A stretch of 61,656 bases of DNA, filler included, from Asterionella formosa (lineage: Eukaryota): assembly GCA_002256025.1 (NCBI GenBank). It is 24 parts of 24 records of this genome, joined end to end, with 100 filler letters (N's around TTAATTAATTAA, not from the genome) between each part and the next. Parts side by side here need not be neighbours in the genome. Positions count along the whole stretch, not along the records: positions 36,091 to 38,562 come from NKIB01015223.1; positions 38,663 to 41,130 come from NKIB01015224.1; positions 41,231 to 43,699 come from NKIB01015226.1; positions 43,800 to 46,268 come from NKIB01015227.1; positions 46,369 to 48,834 come from NKIB01015228.1; positions 48,935 to 51,402 come from NKIB01015229.1; 18 more parts are not named here. One strand, given 5' to 3'. Every line of letters begins with the position of its first letter. Position 1 is the stretch's first letter. This document shows positions 38,032-50,338 of this stretch, piece after piece. Below the pieces are notes generated by a model. The model was not told the origin of the DNA. It worked only from the letters and a program-made list of their open reading frames with translations, and made no database searches. Made by a program: the position numbers and the translations under genes.

Positions 38032-38378
38032 GAATTTTTATTTACTCATTAATAGTTACTAACAAAATGGTTATTTGTTTTTAATCAAGTACAGCCATTT
38101 GCAAATAACCGGACGCTGGTGTCGTATCTTTTGCTCCATCGACCGAGTCGGACAGAAGTGTCATGTATATGACAAGTCTCTTCGTTCCAACCACTCCTCA
38201 TATTCGAAACCGTTTGATTCGTCGTTGTGGCAAGTTTTGTTGCGCAGGAAGTCACAAATAGGCGGGAGACATCCATCGACCAAGTCGGACAGAAGTGTCA
38301 GGTCAGTTCTTGTCACGTCTCTTTGTTCCAACTTCTCTTATTCGAAACCGTTTGATACGGCGGGATACAACCTTCCTC

Positions 38379-38562
38379 GCTGCTTCCCAAGTCCAATGGT
38401 ACCACCAGAATGCAGCGAAGTTTTCTTCCCATTCATGATCCTTGGGACTTCGTCATGTTGTGGCTGTCGCGGGCCGTTGCAACGAACGATAATGGGTGAT
38501 GCACCAAATTTTTCCGGTATAATAGAGGGGGGGGGGGCAGCGCTTTGCCTTTTACAGCCACT
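38379..38562 (-). mobile_element. Repeated terminal segment of a putative DNA transposon; second copy at 61441-61656
   Basis: The reverse complement matches 61441-61656 closely except for one ~30-nt indel. G/C homopolymer near the end; internal subterminal direct repeats at ~38135 and ~38273. Confidence 0.7.
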
Positions 38563-38662
38563 NNNNNNNNNNNNNNNNNNNNNNNNNNNNNNNNNNNNNN
38601 NNNNNNTTAATTAATTAANNNNNNNNNNNNNNNNNNNNNNNNNNNNNNNNNNNNNNNNNNNN

Positions 38663-41117
38663 CTCATGCCTAGATTAATTTCATTGGCAGCCACTTTTTC
38701 TATCACTGCCTCAGACATCATCAAATTCAATAGATGTCGTCTGTATCTGCAGGTGCTCACTCTGTCCGACATTGTCGACAGTACAGGCAACACCATTGAT
38801 AAGGACTTTTGGAACAGATACAAAAACAATAGAGTCTTCAATCTCTCCTGGCCCAAACAAACCCGCCCTGGCCCCACCAGCTGGACAATTTGGAGACGCC
38901 TACTTTCACACCTCTTCACCATCAAATCTCGCTCCCCTCACCTTCGCCCTCAAAGCTGTCTCCTCAAATGGCTTCCCACTGGACCCTCTCACCAACACTG
39001 GCCGACATATTTGCATCCATCATCTTCTACCTTCTATTGTCGCCTCCCCTCTGATCCTTCCCTCTTCTCCCCTTATCGTCGGAACAATCGGCTCCGCTTC
39101 ACACCCACTCCAAATAACCTTACCTCCACTCTTCCCTCTTCCGCCATTCCAATTTCGGTCTCTTCCTGGCTCCCCTTCCCGCAAACTCTATCCCACCATA
39201 TTCGAATTCTCCCCTCCCTTCTCCCTGAATCACATCTCCCACCAACCTTCTCCACCTACCTTTCATCTCTCTCTTCTTATGACAATTATTATATCGGCCA
39301 GGTTACCTTCCCGCCCGATATTCTACCACTCCTCCAAGATATCAAAACCAATAATTTTGAAGTTGCCACTGATGGATCAGTCCGCTCTCCCCATGGCTCT
39401 TTCTCATGGCTTATTCATGGCCGCTCCAGTGGCACCCAAATCTCTGGCTACAACACTACCACCTTCACCGCCACCCCTCTTTCTTCCTTCCGGACAGAGT
39501 GCTGCGGCTATCTTGGTGCAGTTCTTGCTCTTCGTGCTCTTCTTACATACCATGATCTTCTAGATCCCCTCACTCCTTTCACTGCTAGAGCTCACATCGA
39601 CAACCAGGCCCTAGTCAAGCGTCTGTCTCACCACCATCAACACTCAATTCGTCACAGTCTCCACCCAGACTGGGACCTTATCCACTCAGCCACGAAGGTT
39701 CTGGCATCTATCCCGGTCGATCTCCAGGCGGTTCACATCAAAAGCCATCAAGATGACAGCAAACCCTATGAAGCCTTAACTCTGCCTGCAAAACTCAATA
39801 TCCAAGTTGATAGACTCACTCATTTAGCCTATCTCCGCTGCCCCCAGCGCTCTATTACTCCGCTTTCCCCTCAAGTCCCCGCTACCCTCCTTCTTCAGGG
39901 ATCTCAAGTTACATCTCAGATGATCCCTACAACTCTGACAGCGTACTATAAGCCCAAACAATTCAAGTACTTCCAAACACGACACGGATGGACGCAGTCA
40001 ATCTCTGACTCTATTGACTGGAAGTCTTCCACCAGCGCATACAAACACTTGTCATACGGACGCAGACTAGCAATGTTTAAGTTAATAAATGGACAATGGC
40101 CCACCAACAAAATCTTACATCGCCGTGGCAAAGCCCCGGCTTCCTTATGCCCACGCTGCTCCAATGCCGTTGAGGACCACGATCACGTCCTAACCTGCTC
40201 AGCTTCTTGCCACTTTCGGGATACAAAGTGGACCGCTCTCTCTGACCATCTGAAATCCAAACTTTGCACTCCTCCCCATATTCTCCTTGCCCTAACCCAT
40301 GGTCTCCAATCGTGGGAAAATGGTGACATTCCCCCACTTTGGCCTCTTCCAGATCCCTCCCCAACCGACCCTCTTCTTTGGACGACCTATCAGGCATATG
40401 TCCAACAAACAGCTATAGGATGGAACCACCTCCTAAGGGGACATCTATCAGTTTCTTGGGCCCATGCCATGACAACCTATCACTCCATCAGACACATCAA
40501 GACCAACGCTATGAATCCTCTCTTTGGAAAAGTCAACTAATCAACTCCTTACGCGCCTATGCCATGGAACAGTGAAATAATCGCAATGATTTTGTCTATG
40601 GCGCCACTCTCCTTGCCACTAATGCACGCCGAATCACATTGCTTCGAACACAGACAACTACAGCTTACTCAAACCAGATCTCTGTCCCAGCTGATGAACG
40701 AGGACATATATTTGGCCTTCCTCTCTCTCAACGCTTACTTCATTCCCCGTCGGCACTGACGGCCTGGCTGGCAATCTATCGTGCGGGTCAACTACGCCTC
40801 ACATCCCAAATACGTCAAGACAAACGCCGCTAGGGCACAATCCGAAAATTTCTTATCTGTCGCGCAACCCCTCGCCGTCCCTCTTCACCTGTCTAAGTCC
40901 ATCTAATCGAACTCCACACTTTAGTCGAGGCTCAATAACGCGTACTTAAAAATTTAGTTACCATATATCATTAGAAGTAACTATTTGCAGAAATAGGTAC
41001 CTGGTACCAGTGAATTACCTGCTATGAGTCAACAGGTACCAGGTTCCGTATATTTCATTATCCTGGCCCCCCTAATGTACACTGCCGTGACTTGGGGGGG
41101 GGGGGCAGGACAAAAAA
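38663..41117 (+). mobile_element. 3' half of a non-LTR retrotransposon with RNase H and CCHC finger (Ambal-like), degenerate at the 3' end
   Basis: NRCRLYLQV..LSDI, RNase H TDGS..SFRTE..IDNQ..HIKSHQD..N..VD, CPRC..EDHDH..C, QQ.IGW..LLRG. Frameshift near 40510; ends in a GC hairpin plus short A tract. Confidence 0.85.
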
Positions 41118-41542
41118 GAGATTTATATTANNNNNNNNNNNNNNNNNNNNNNNNNNNNNNNNNNNNNNNNNNNNTTAATTAATTAANNNNNNNNNNNNNN
41201 NNNNNNNNNNNNNNNNNNNNNNNNNNNNNNCTAAATTTTAATAAAACAGAACCAAAGTATAAATTGATTATGCTTTGTTTGGATCTTTTGGTACGGGCAA
41301 TTAATTGCCTTGGGAAATTGATTTCAGATTCGTGCCTCTCATGCACATGCGGGTGTTGCGTGGACACTGTTATTGCATGGATGAGTTGATCCATGAAAAT
41401 AAATTTATGAAGTCAATATATCCCATATATTATAGGCAACATATGTGTTTATCATTATTTCTTGTGATTTATTTTACTCATGCGATAACGTTCTGCTTTT
41501 TGGTCATTGGGTAATGTGTAATATTATTTGGATTATAGGTTT

Positions 41543-43699
41543 TTAATCCACCTTGACATTATTGAAAATTGCTCGAACAAACTTGGATGATGCCGAATGT
41601 CCCAAAGTTCCACACAGAATACCCAGTGTTGTAGAAATCAAAAGCATATATCCAAAGTAAAAGGACGTTTGCAAGAATCCATTCATTTGTGTTTTGAAAA
41701 GAAAGTAATATATACCATAGACGTATACATACAATGCCGTAGATGCTCCAGATGCAAAAGCAGTCCATTGCCACAGATAATTTTCAGCATTGAGACAAAA
41801 GTACACAACAATGATGGACGTCATACTAACCACAATGGTCAATATCCCATATACTCCCAACAAGAATCCGTATACATGATAGAACTTGTAGTTCCACAAG
41901 GATGTCAAGACGTAGTATAGTTCAATAAAGATGGATCCAAAGCTCAATAGTCCCGCCAATGGGATCAATCCACTTGGCTTTCCATACCATGGTACCTCCT
42001 CTGGGATGGGTCTTGGAATGGCGTTGACGCGGCAAGGGAAGTGGTCTCCTCCCTTTCCAGTGGGGGCTCCACCCAACTTCGCATGACGTCCAAGGAGAGT
42101 ACCCAATACGCAGAGTGGGACACTGACAAAGATCCACAATAGAAATAGCTTGACAATGACCAAAAAGGGAATGGTATTGATGGTTCCGTAAGAAAGAGAG
42201 ACAGCATTAAGAAAGGTCAATATCAAAACCGCCACAGTGGGAAGTAAAATGACCGTGAATGCCATAGTTGCTTGCCACATGCTGGTGGATGCTGGATTCT
42301 TCCTAGCAGTGGTTGGGTAGTACTGCTTAAAGAATTGTCCCGAAGTGTATCCTGCCACAATACTGGATAGTGAGTAGCATACCAAAATGGCATGCAATAC
42401 TTCTCCGCGTTGTTCATGTACTTCGCCGTGCAGTGGTCCCATGACTGCAAACAAAATGACCCCCAGCGTCAAGGTAACGAGCTGCCATCCAGTTCCCAAG
42501 AGTGCAGCAAAGAGGGGCAAGAATGCTGGTGCTCTAAAAACATCTCCGTGCACTTGCTTCCATCCTGAATCCTCAGTGGAGGAACCGGTCAATGGCTTTG
42601 ATTCGTTGTCTGATGATCCTCCAGCATCGTCTGTTCCGTCCTCCAAATCATGAACCAATCCATATCGGGCATAATCTTTTTTCAAAGTCCTTAACAAAAT
42701 CAATGCAACTAATCCCATCAAGAACAAAACCATCATGAATGAATTAAAGACCGAGAACCAGTGTATAGGGTGCTTGAAGAATTCATGATCCAAATATCTA
42801 TCAAACCTGGAATTGAATTGTTCCGTGGTTGGGTTCATGGTAACCGCCAAAGTGAAGGTATAGTCAGTGCCAACCTTGAGTTCCATAAGAGACTTGGGGT
42901 CTGACTTAAGGTCCACATGAACAATCTGATCTCCATTGTACGAAACAATCAAATTGCGTGTCGTATAAATAAATGGTACCAATTGGTTCGCATCTTCGTC
43001 GGGTACAGTTTTCAATCGATCCAATCTTGCCAAATCATCCTTTTCTTTCTTTTCCACTGCCCCTCCAACAGGCAGCATTTCTCCCACCATACCCCAAATG
43101 GGCAAATCGTCTAAATACATTTGATAAAACCATCTGTGTTGAACGGCCTTGGTGAAAATGTTGATATCCTTCTCCGTCAATGCCTTGGTAGTGCATGATT
43201 CAGATCGGACAACGGTATTGCTGCTGCTGTCAGTCTCTGCCGGTTCAAACGTAACATCATGTCCTGAATGTCTCAATGCATGTCCGCCCAATCGTTCTCC
43301 CAGGGAATGGAGTTTCAATTCGTTGAATCGACGGTCGGAGGAATCTGGGTGGTGCTTTGTATTGGGAGCACAATAGGGGAGTGTGTAGTACTCATAGGCT
43401 TCTTGAGGATTGGCATAAGGGCCGACCTAGATAATAATAATAAGAGAAGTAGCAGTAGTACAAAGTTAGTTAGTTAGTTAGTAAGTTAGTTAGTAAGTTG
43501 GGTAAACAAACATGGCAAATGTAACAACTGGTACGAAATCAGAGCCGGGTGAAAGGCCACGTAGAAACTGGTACAGCGGCTACAGGCAATGACTACTGCA
43601 CCGCAACCGCTTCACTCGCAATACTAATCACGCACCTTGTTCACCCACAATTCAATATGTTCTCCTTTCTTATACGTATGAGTCGATGTCCCTGCTGAC
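41543..43699 (-). CDS. TM9SF3: Transmembrane 9 superfamily protein (nonaspanin/EMP70, TM9SF3-like); intron 43427-43635; 5' partial
   Basis: HTYKKGEHIELWVNK/VGPYANPQEAYEYYTLPYC across a GT-AG intron; LDDLPIWG, IHWFSVFNSF, GWKQVHGDVFR, C-terminal KVD. Confidence 0.93.
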
Positions 43700-44029
43700 N
43701 NNNNNNNNNNNNNNNNNNNNNNNNNNNNNNNNNNNNNNNNNNNTTAATTAATTAANNNNNNNNNNNNNNNNNNNNNNNNNNNNNNNNNNNNNNNNNNNNT
43801 AAATTGCAAAAATTTGAAATATAACTAAGAATTTAAAAAACATAAAGAAGGAATACAAATAATCCGATGTATACATAAAAACTGCCGACCATAATTTCAA
43901 AATACTGCTGTTAGGGTTAGGGTTAAGGCTCTCTCTTCTTGGTATGAAGTAAATACTACCTGAACAACAAAGAAGAACATACAAACAAAATAAGGACGTG
44001 CCTGTGACTGTACCAAATCCCAGGTACCA

Positions 44030-45260
44030 TAATTTCAAATCAGTGTCGGTCACCAGCATAAATCAACAAAGGTACAAGTACAAGTACAAATACATTATAC
44101 TGAACATTTCAAATCAGTGCCCGTCACCAGTATAAATCTATACATTATACTGTACAGTAAAAAAACGATCTCTTCTCTGTCTACGGAAGACATGCTACCG
44201 GATAGATCAATGAACTTCAAGGTACCACGTACCAATACATCATACCAGGTACCAGGTACTGAACAAATACACGTATGTGCAGCTACATAAAAATAATCAT
44301 AACAAAATACCTATACTGTACAGTAAAAAAAAGGATCTCTTCTGTGTCTACGTAGGACATGCTACCGGATAGATCAATGACCTACCAGGTACCACGTACC
44401 AATAATCATAACAAAATACCGATCGTCATTTCAAATCAGTACCAGTAAACCAGTACAAATATACAAAGGTACAACTTTGTCATACAACCATTATCATTGA
44501 CATCAAAAACAAACACACCATGACGATCACACCGTCCATTGTTTCTCATCCAATTCTTGTCCAAATGAAAACGTCTTTACTCGATTCAGTGAACCCAACT
44601 CATCTTCACATATGACATAAAATTCTTTTTCGTACCGATACCAATTACATCTTTCAAACCATATAAACATGCCGCAACTGATGCCCTGCCCACGGCCAAA
44701 AAGAAATAACGAATATTTCCACTCCACCATGATAATCAGGACGCACCCGCGAATGCGAATTATATAAATATATGACATGCATAACATAATGTGTAACATT
44801 TTACATGACAATCACTCTGGTAAGTACAAAAACAGTGCCCTTCTACATATTCATATCAAAAACAAACAACCAGTACTTACATATTCATTCCCATACCAGT
44901 TTCCATCTGTAGGAATAGTCATACTGCGTACTACAGTTACATGTCCAGCCCTAGAGGGCTGGATGCTCTATAGGGATGACGCCTAGAGGCGTCTTCCCTT
45001 TACCCTAACCCTAACCCTAAATCCTATTGTAAACCTATTGTAGTTTCTTTTAAGTATATTCTTATTGTAAACCAATTGATGTCTTTAAGTATCATAGGAC
45101 GTAGGTCTTTTGTGGTAATAGTATGATTCCCGAAGGTAACCGAAGGTAAGTATAGTTCTATTGTAAACCTATTGATGTTTTTAAGTATCATAGGACGTAG
45201 GTCCTTTGTGGTAATAGTATGATTCCCGAAGGTAAGTATAACTCTATTGTAAACCTACCT
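44030..45260. repeat. Non-coding repeat region with direct repeats, twin hairpins and telomere-like hexamers
   Basis: ~90-bp duplications at ~44147/~44314 and ~45062/~45158; hairpins at 44944-44999; (CCCTAA)3 at 45003-45020. Confidence 0.8.
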
Positions 45261-45773
45261 CGAGCTAGGGGTTCAAAGGCAGGAACCTTAACAGATAGAG
45301 GTAGACTATCTTGCCTACATGAAACGGTACCTGGTACCAGTACCTAGCACCGTATTATGTCGCCATATGCATACGACCATGTTTAAGTAAGTTGTTTGGT
45401 TTGGAGGTAAGGGTGGTGATCTATGTGAAGGTTTATGATGATACCCCAGAGTATTAAAAAAATTTAGTTAACCGGTAGTAAGTATATGATGTGATTTTAC
45501 CTTGCATACTGAATACGTATGTATACTGACGACCCTGGGAGTACGATGGTATGGACACAATTTGAACTAAAGTTACCTACCGGTAACTACGCCATACTGC
45601 CACATCAAGAACATAACGGAAGGCCATTGCTAATGATTGACTAGACAATTACAGATACACTATTTCGTAATCAAAATATAACAGTTTCATAATTACATAA
45701 TAAAAACTAATTGATCTTCCTAAATATTACCATAATGACCATCTCCCATGTTGGGTCAATATGCGAAGTGCTC

Positions 45774-46268
45774 CTATACCTGTTTCTTGCATTTCGGCAA
45801 AGCAGACTCAATTGCGACTTTTCCAACAGCATTGGCATTCATCAACTGATTGTTGTCATTATTGTAAGCCAAGTTCCGCAATGCTAATGTAACATAGTGT
45901 TCCACATTACTTATCTTTGGATGAGTCTCCTTAGCAGACTGAATTGTAGCGATACCTCCTGCTTCAATAATCAAAACCTTGTTGTCGTCATTATACTCAG
46001 CCAAGGTCCAAAGTGCTGCACAACCATAGAGTTGCACATTAGCATTGTCTAAATGATACTTCATTGCAGACAGAATCGTAGTGATACCTCCTTTTTCAGC
46101 AATCATCACTTTGTTGTTGCCATTAAAAGCCAAGTTCATAAGTGCTGCACAACCATTCTCTTGCACATTAGCATTGTCTAAATGATACTTCATCGCAGAC
46201 AGAATCGTAGTGATACCTCCTGCTTCAGCAATCATCACCTTGTTTTCGTCATTATTGTCAGCCAAAGA
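45774..46268 (-). CDS. 3' end of an armadillo-repeat protein (same repeat family as 5165-5580)
   Basis: Three to four ~42-aa ARM repeats (AGGITTILSAMKYHLDNANVQ..GCAAL..LA), near-identical to each other at the DNA level. Confidence 0.88.
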   Translation of the reverse strand, partial: SLADNNDENKVMIAEAGGITTILSAMKYHLDNANVQENGCAALMNLAFNGNNKVMIAEKGGITTILSAMKYHLDNANVQLYGCAALWTLAEYNDDNKVLIIEAGGIATIQSAKETHPKISNVEHYVTLALRNLAYNNDNNQLMNANAVGKVAIESALPKCKKQV

Positions 46269-46368
46269 NNNNNNNNNNNNNNNNNNNNNNNNNNNNNNNN
46301 NNNNNNNNNNNNTTAATTAATTAANNNNNNNNNNNNNNNNNNNNNNNNNNNNNNNNNNNNNNNNNNNN

Positions 46369-48834
46369 ACCTTAACTACACTACGCAAACATCCCCCTCA
46401 TTCCATCGCAACCGTCAAAGGCCACCTCGATCAAACATGTCAAAACGTACAATCCACACGTGTGCCCCCAACTATCATTGAGCCTGAACTTGCATCCATT
46501 CCTACTACCAATGTGCTGGGTGATGCTGATTGCCACCCTGAGGGTCTTGCAACCCCTACTCACATGTGTTTTGCGTCCATTATTGAACCCACAGGCCAAA
46601 TTTACACTGATCAAACCGAAAAATTCATACTCCCCTCCAGCACTGGAAACAACTACATTATGATTTTATATGATTATGACAGCAACTACATTTTCGTTCA
46701 GCCCTTTCATAACCGAACCGCTTCCTGCCTCCTTGCAGCATATAAAACATTACATCAACGGTTGTGCAAAGCAGGCTTATGTCCCAAACTCCAACGCCTT
46801 GACAATGAGTGTTCTACACTCCTCAAAGAGTTCTTGGACGCAGAAGCTATTGACTTTCAGTTGGTCCCGCCGGCTGTCCATCGTCGCAATGCCGCTGAAC
46901 GTGCAATTCGCACCTTTCAAAATCATTTCATTGCCGGTCTATGCAGTGTCGACAAACACTTTCCTCTCCACTTGTGGGACCAACTATTAGTTCAAGCTGA
47001 ACTTACTCTTAATCTCCTCCGTGACACACGCATCAACCCCAAACTGTCTGCTTGGGCACAGGTCAATGGAACATATGATTACAACTGTGTCTCCCTTGCT
47101 CCACCTGGCTGTCGGTTCCTTGTTCATGCCAAGCCCCAACACCGAGCAACATGGGCTCCGCATGCTCTCGATGGTAGGTATGTCGGCCCTGCTGTGGATT
47201 CCTATCACTGCTACCGCATCTGGATGTGGGACACACGTTCAATCAGAATCTGCGATACTGTCTTGTGCTTTCCAACCAAAGTCCACCTACCCTGTAATTC
47301 ATCTACTGACCTCATCACAACCAGTTTGCAGGACATTGCCTATGCCTTGTTACATCCCACCACTCGGTCTCCCGTTGCCCCACTCACTGCAACCCACAAA
47401 GCTGCTCTCCAGCAGCTCCTTGAACTTCTCTCACCGCCTGAGCTCACCCAACTACCCATTGCTCCCCTCCTGCATCACCCCATTCCATCTTTGAGGGTGC
47501 CCGGTACACCCACAGCATCCACCATCCCCCTTCTCCCTGATGCTGATGCCTGTATACCTTTTCCGGTCTCTCCCACCCTCGATGGCACTGCCCAACCACT
47601 GAGGGTACTTAACCCTAACCCTAACCCTACCCCTACCGACCCGAGTGTTGTTAACCCTACCCCAAACCCTAACCCTCACCGCGCCGGTAATCCTAACCCT
47701 ACCCCTAGGGCCCCTCCTGCCAGTGGCTGCACGATCCTTCCAGCACCCCCTCGCACTTATCACGATGCTGTTGTGCTGCCCAGTCCCCTACCACCTTCCC
47801 CTTCGGACACTTATGACACTACCACTGTGCCCAAGAGCCGTCGTCGCCATTAAACCACACTACGTGATGCACCACATGCCAGCTGTCCCCACACCCAATC
47901 TTTGCTTGCCAAATGTGCTCTCTCCGCCCCTCCTCAAACCAGTGCTACTCCCCTGGCAACTAATTTTTGTTTCCATGGCACCGCTATCAACCCTGACAAT
48001 GGCAAAATTGCAGGATATCGAGAATTATTGACTTGCAGCACTGCTCCCCTGTGGGCCACCGCCAACGATTAGAAATTGGCCGGTTATTTCAGGGCTTGGG
48101 ACCCCATTCTGACATGCCCACGGGTACTAATTGCTGTTTTTTCATTCATAAGCATGAAATGCCCTCACACAAATGCGCCACTTACATCCGCATTGTGTGT
48201 GCCGATCGCCCTGAAAAACCATTCCCCAACGAGTTCGTTTGAAGGAGGTTTTATCAAGTGCTGCTGAGGCCGAATTAGCTGCTTTGTTCCACAATGGCAA
48301 AGAGGCATATGCTATTCGCAACATTCTTGTTGAGCTTGGTCATCCCCAACCTTCTACCCGTATTGTCACCGATAATAGCACTGCCAGTGGCATTGCCAAT
48401 GATACCGTCCGACAAAAACGTTCCAAAGCTATGGATATGCGTTATTACTGGGTACGCGATCGGGTTCGCCAAGGCCAATTTCTTGTATACTGGAAAAAAG
48501 GGAGTTTGAATCGTGCTGATTATTTCACTAAACATCATCCCGCTTCCCATCATATGTTGATGCGCCTGCACTATCTCCATTGCCCTCCATCCCTCCCTAG
48601 TCCTCCTAACTATTATGCGTGCTTGGCTTCCGATGCTGATATCATCTCCACCCCCGTTCCTGTTCTTCTGCCTGAATCTGTTGGTGAGGGTGTGTTAATA
48701 TCTGCATATGATGCTCCATACATGCTCCGTACGAACCATACCGGCGCAGCCACCAGATTAGGTACATGCATGAGTGCTAACAACGATGTACTCGAAACAG
48801 CAATAGAATAGTCATAATATTGTAGTTCACCTTT
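46369..48834 (+). mobile_element. Degenerate CoDi-type Copia: integrase, RT almost entirely deleted, RNase H, start of 3' LTR (~48693)
   Basis: IYTDQT, RLDNE, HRRNAAERAIRTF. RT start (ATY.RIVCADRPEK..RVR) is fused at ~48239 to RNase H (SSAAEAEL, TDNSTA, KRSKAMDMR, ADYFTKHH). Purine tract ggtgaggg then TGTT. Confidence 0.92.
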
Positions 48835-49028
48835 NNNNNNNNNNNNNNNNNNNNNNNNNNNNNNNNNNNNNNNNNNNNTTAATTAATTAANNNNNNNNNN
48901 NNNNNNNNNNNNNNNNNNNNNNNNNNNNNNNNNNTTGCTCTTGCCAAAATAGGTATGCATATTGCATATCATTACATATCAATCAACCTCCTCAAAACAT
49001 CGATTGTCATCGCTTTTAGATTTCGACC

Positions 49029-49700
49029 ATGTCTCGATCTTCTTCTGTTCAAAGGAGAGCATACAGGGAGGGATTCCCTTCCTCTCCAAGGCTGCTTGAG
49101 CGTCTCCATCACCAACAAGAGCAACAACAGACTCAACCAGAAGAAGAGGAGGAGGACGACGACGAGAATTAAGATGACACTGGTGCTGATAAGTTTGCCA
49201 GCAACAATGAGGACAGTAGGATGGGTGTCCCAGGTGCTTCTCAGATTGGTGTTTCTGGGGTTACTCAGTCCCCATCAAGGAACAACAACTATATTTCACG
49301 TGTTTCAAGAACGGCAACTGCCAGGCAACCACCAATGTTTCCAAGGGCTCGCCGAAGCATGCAGAGTCGGGGTCAACAGTTCAGGATCAATGAGATTCTC
49401 TCATTGCTTGACGCCATTTCTACTCACCTGCCAAATGGGTCCCATGAAAGGGAAGTTGTTGCTTCACAGCACAACGAGAATTTCCCAGACAAAGAACAGA
49501 CAGGACCTTCACTTCGCCGAAAGTTTACACAGCTGCACAAAGTTAAGAAACCAACTGGGGACCCAACATGCCCTGCTGAGGTGAGATATGCCAAACAAAT
49601 TTTTCGAAGAATCGATCAATGAGCAGATGCAAGTGCTGAGATTGAATCCACTGATCTTGGAATAGAGAGTGAGCACAATGAGCCCAATATTGATGAACCA
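49029..49700 (+). pseudogene. DUF6818 / Myb-SANT-like protein, disrupted by stops (transposon accessory type)
   Basis: F...E...LL..I...LP.G..E...V...HN...SLRRKF..L.....PTGDP.CP.EV..AK.I; in-frame stops near 49170 and 49620. Confidence 0.7.
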
Positions 49701-50338
49701 TATGTTGATGATGAGTTTATAGCAATTTCTGGTGGGGAGAGTGAAGACAATGGTGGAGCAACATCTGCCGCTTATGCTGATTTCTCTGGTTCAAGATTTC
49801 CTTGACCTATGGTGTCCCCTCGATTTAGAGATAAAGCAGTGTCACGCAATACTGGGTCTGTTGAGAAAGTTTTTTCTCTTCTTTCGATGCAGTTGCTTCT
49901 TCACAAGGCTACTCGAGCTGATGCTGATAACCTGCAGCAGCAGCAACAAGAAAAACAGAAAGAGAACATGATGAACATGGCTGATGATGGTGTCAATCAT
50001 GGCATCATTGTTGAATCCCACACAAGGTAATCAGAGCATCATCATGCTTGCTAGTACAACGGATAACCCTAACCCTTCTAAAATTTATGTTGCGAGCAAA
50101 AAACCTTGCTGTTTTGTGTCCACAATGGCCATCATTGAACGTCGCTTTTCTTTAGACCACATTGCGATCTTGCGGATCCAACTCCGATTCGAGATTCACA
50201 ATCATCTTTACTAATAGAATGAGTCGATGGATCCGCGAGGTCACTCATTCTCATTTAATTTTGAGCTATTTTAATTTTATCTGTTCAGAAAGTTCCTACC
50301 AACAGAAATGAATTCCAATCGAGCTCCTGGGTGACCAC

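Noticed and set aside
43911..45020. True telomere
   Set aside because: Only 2-3 hexamers, internal to the contig and in both orientations.
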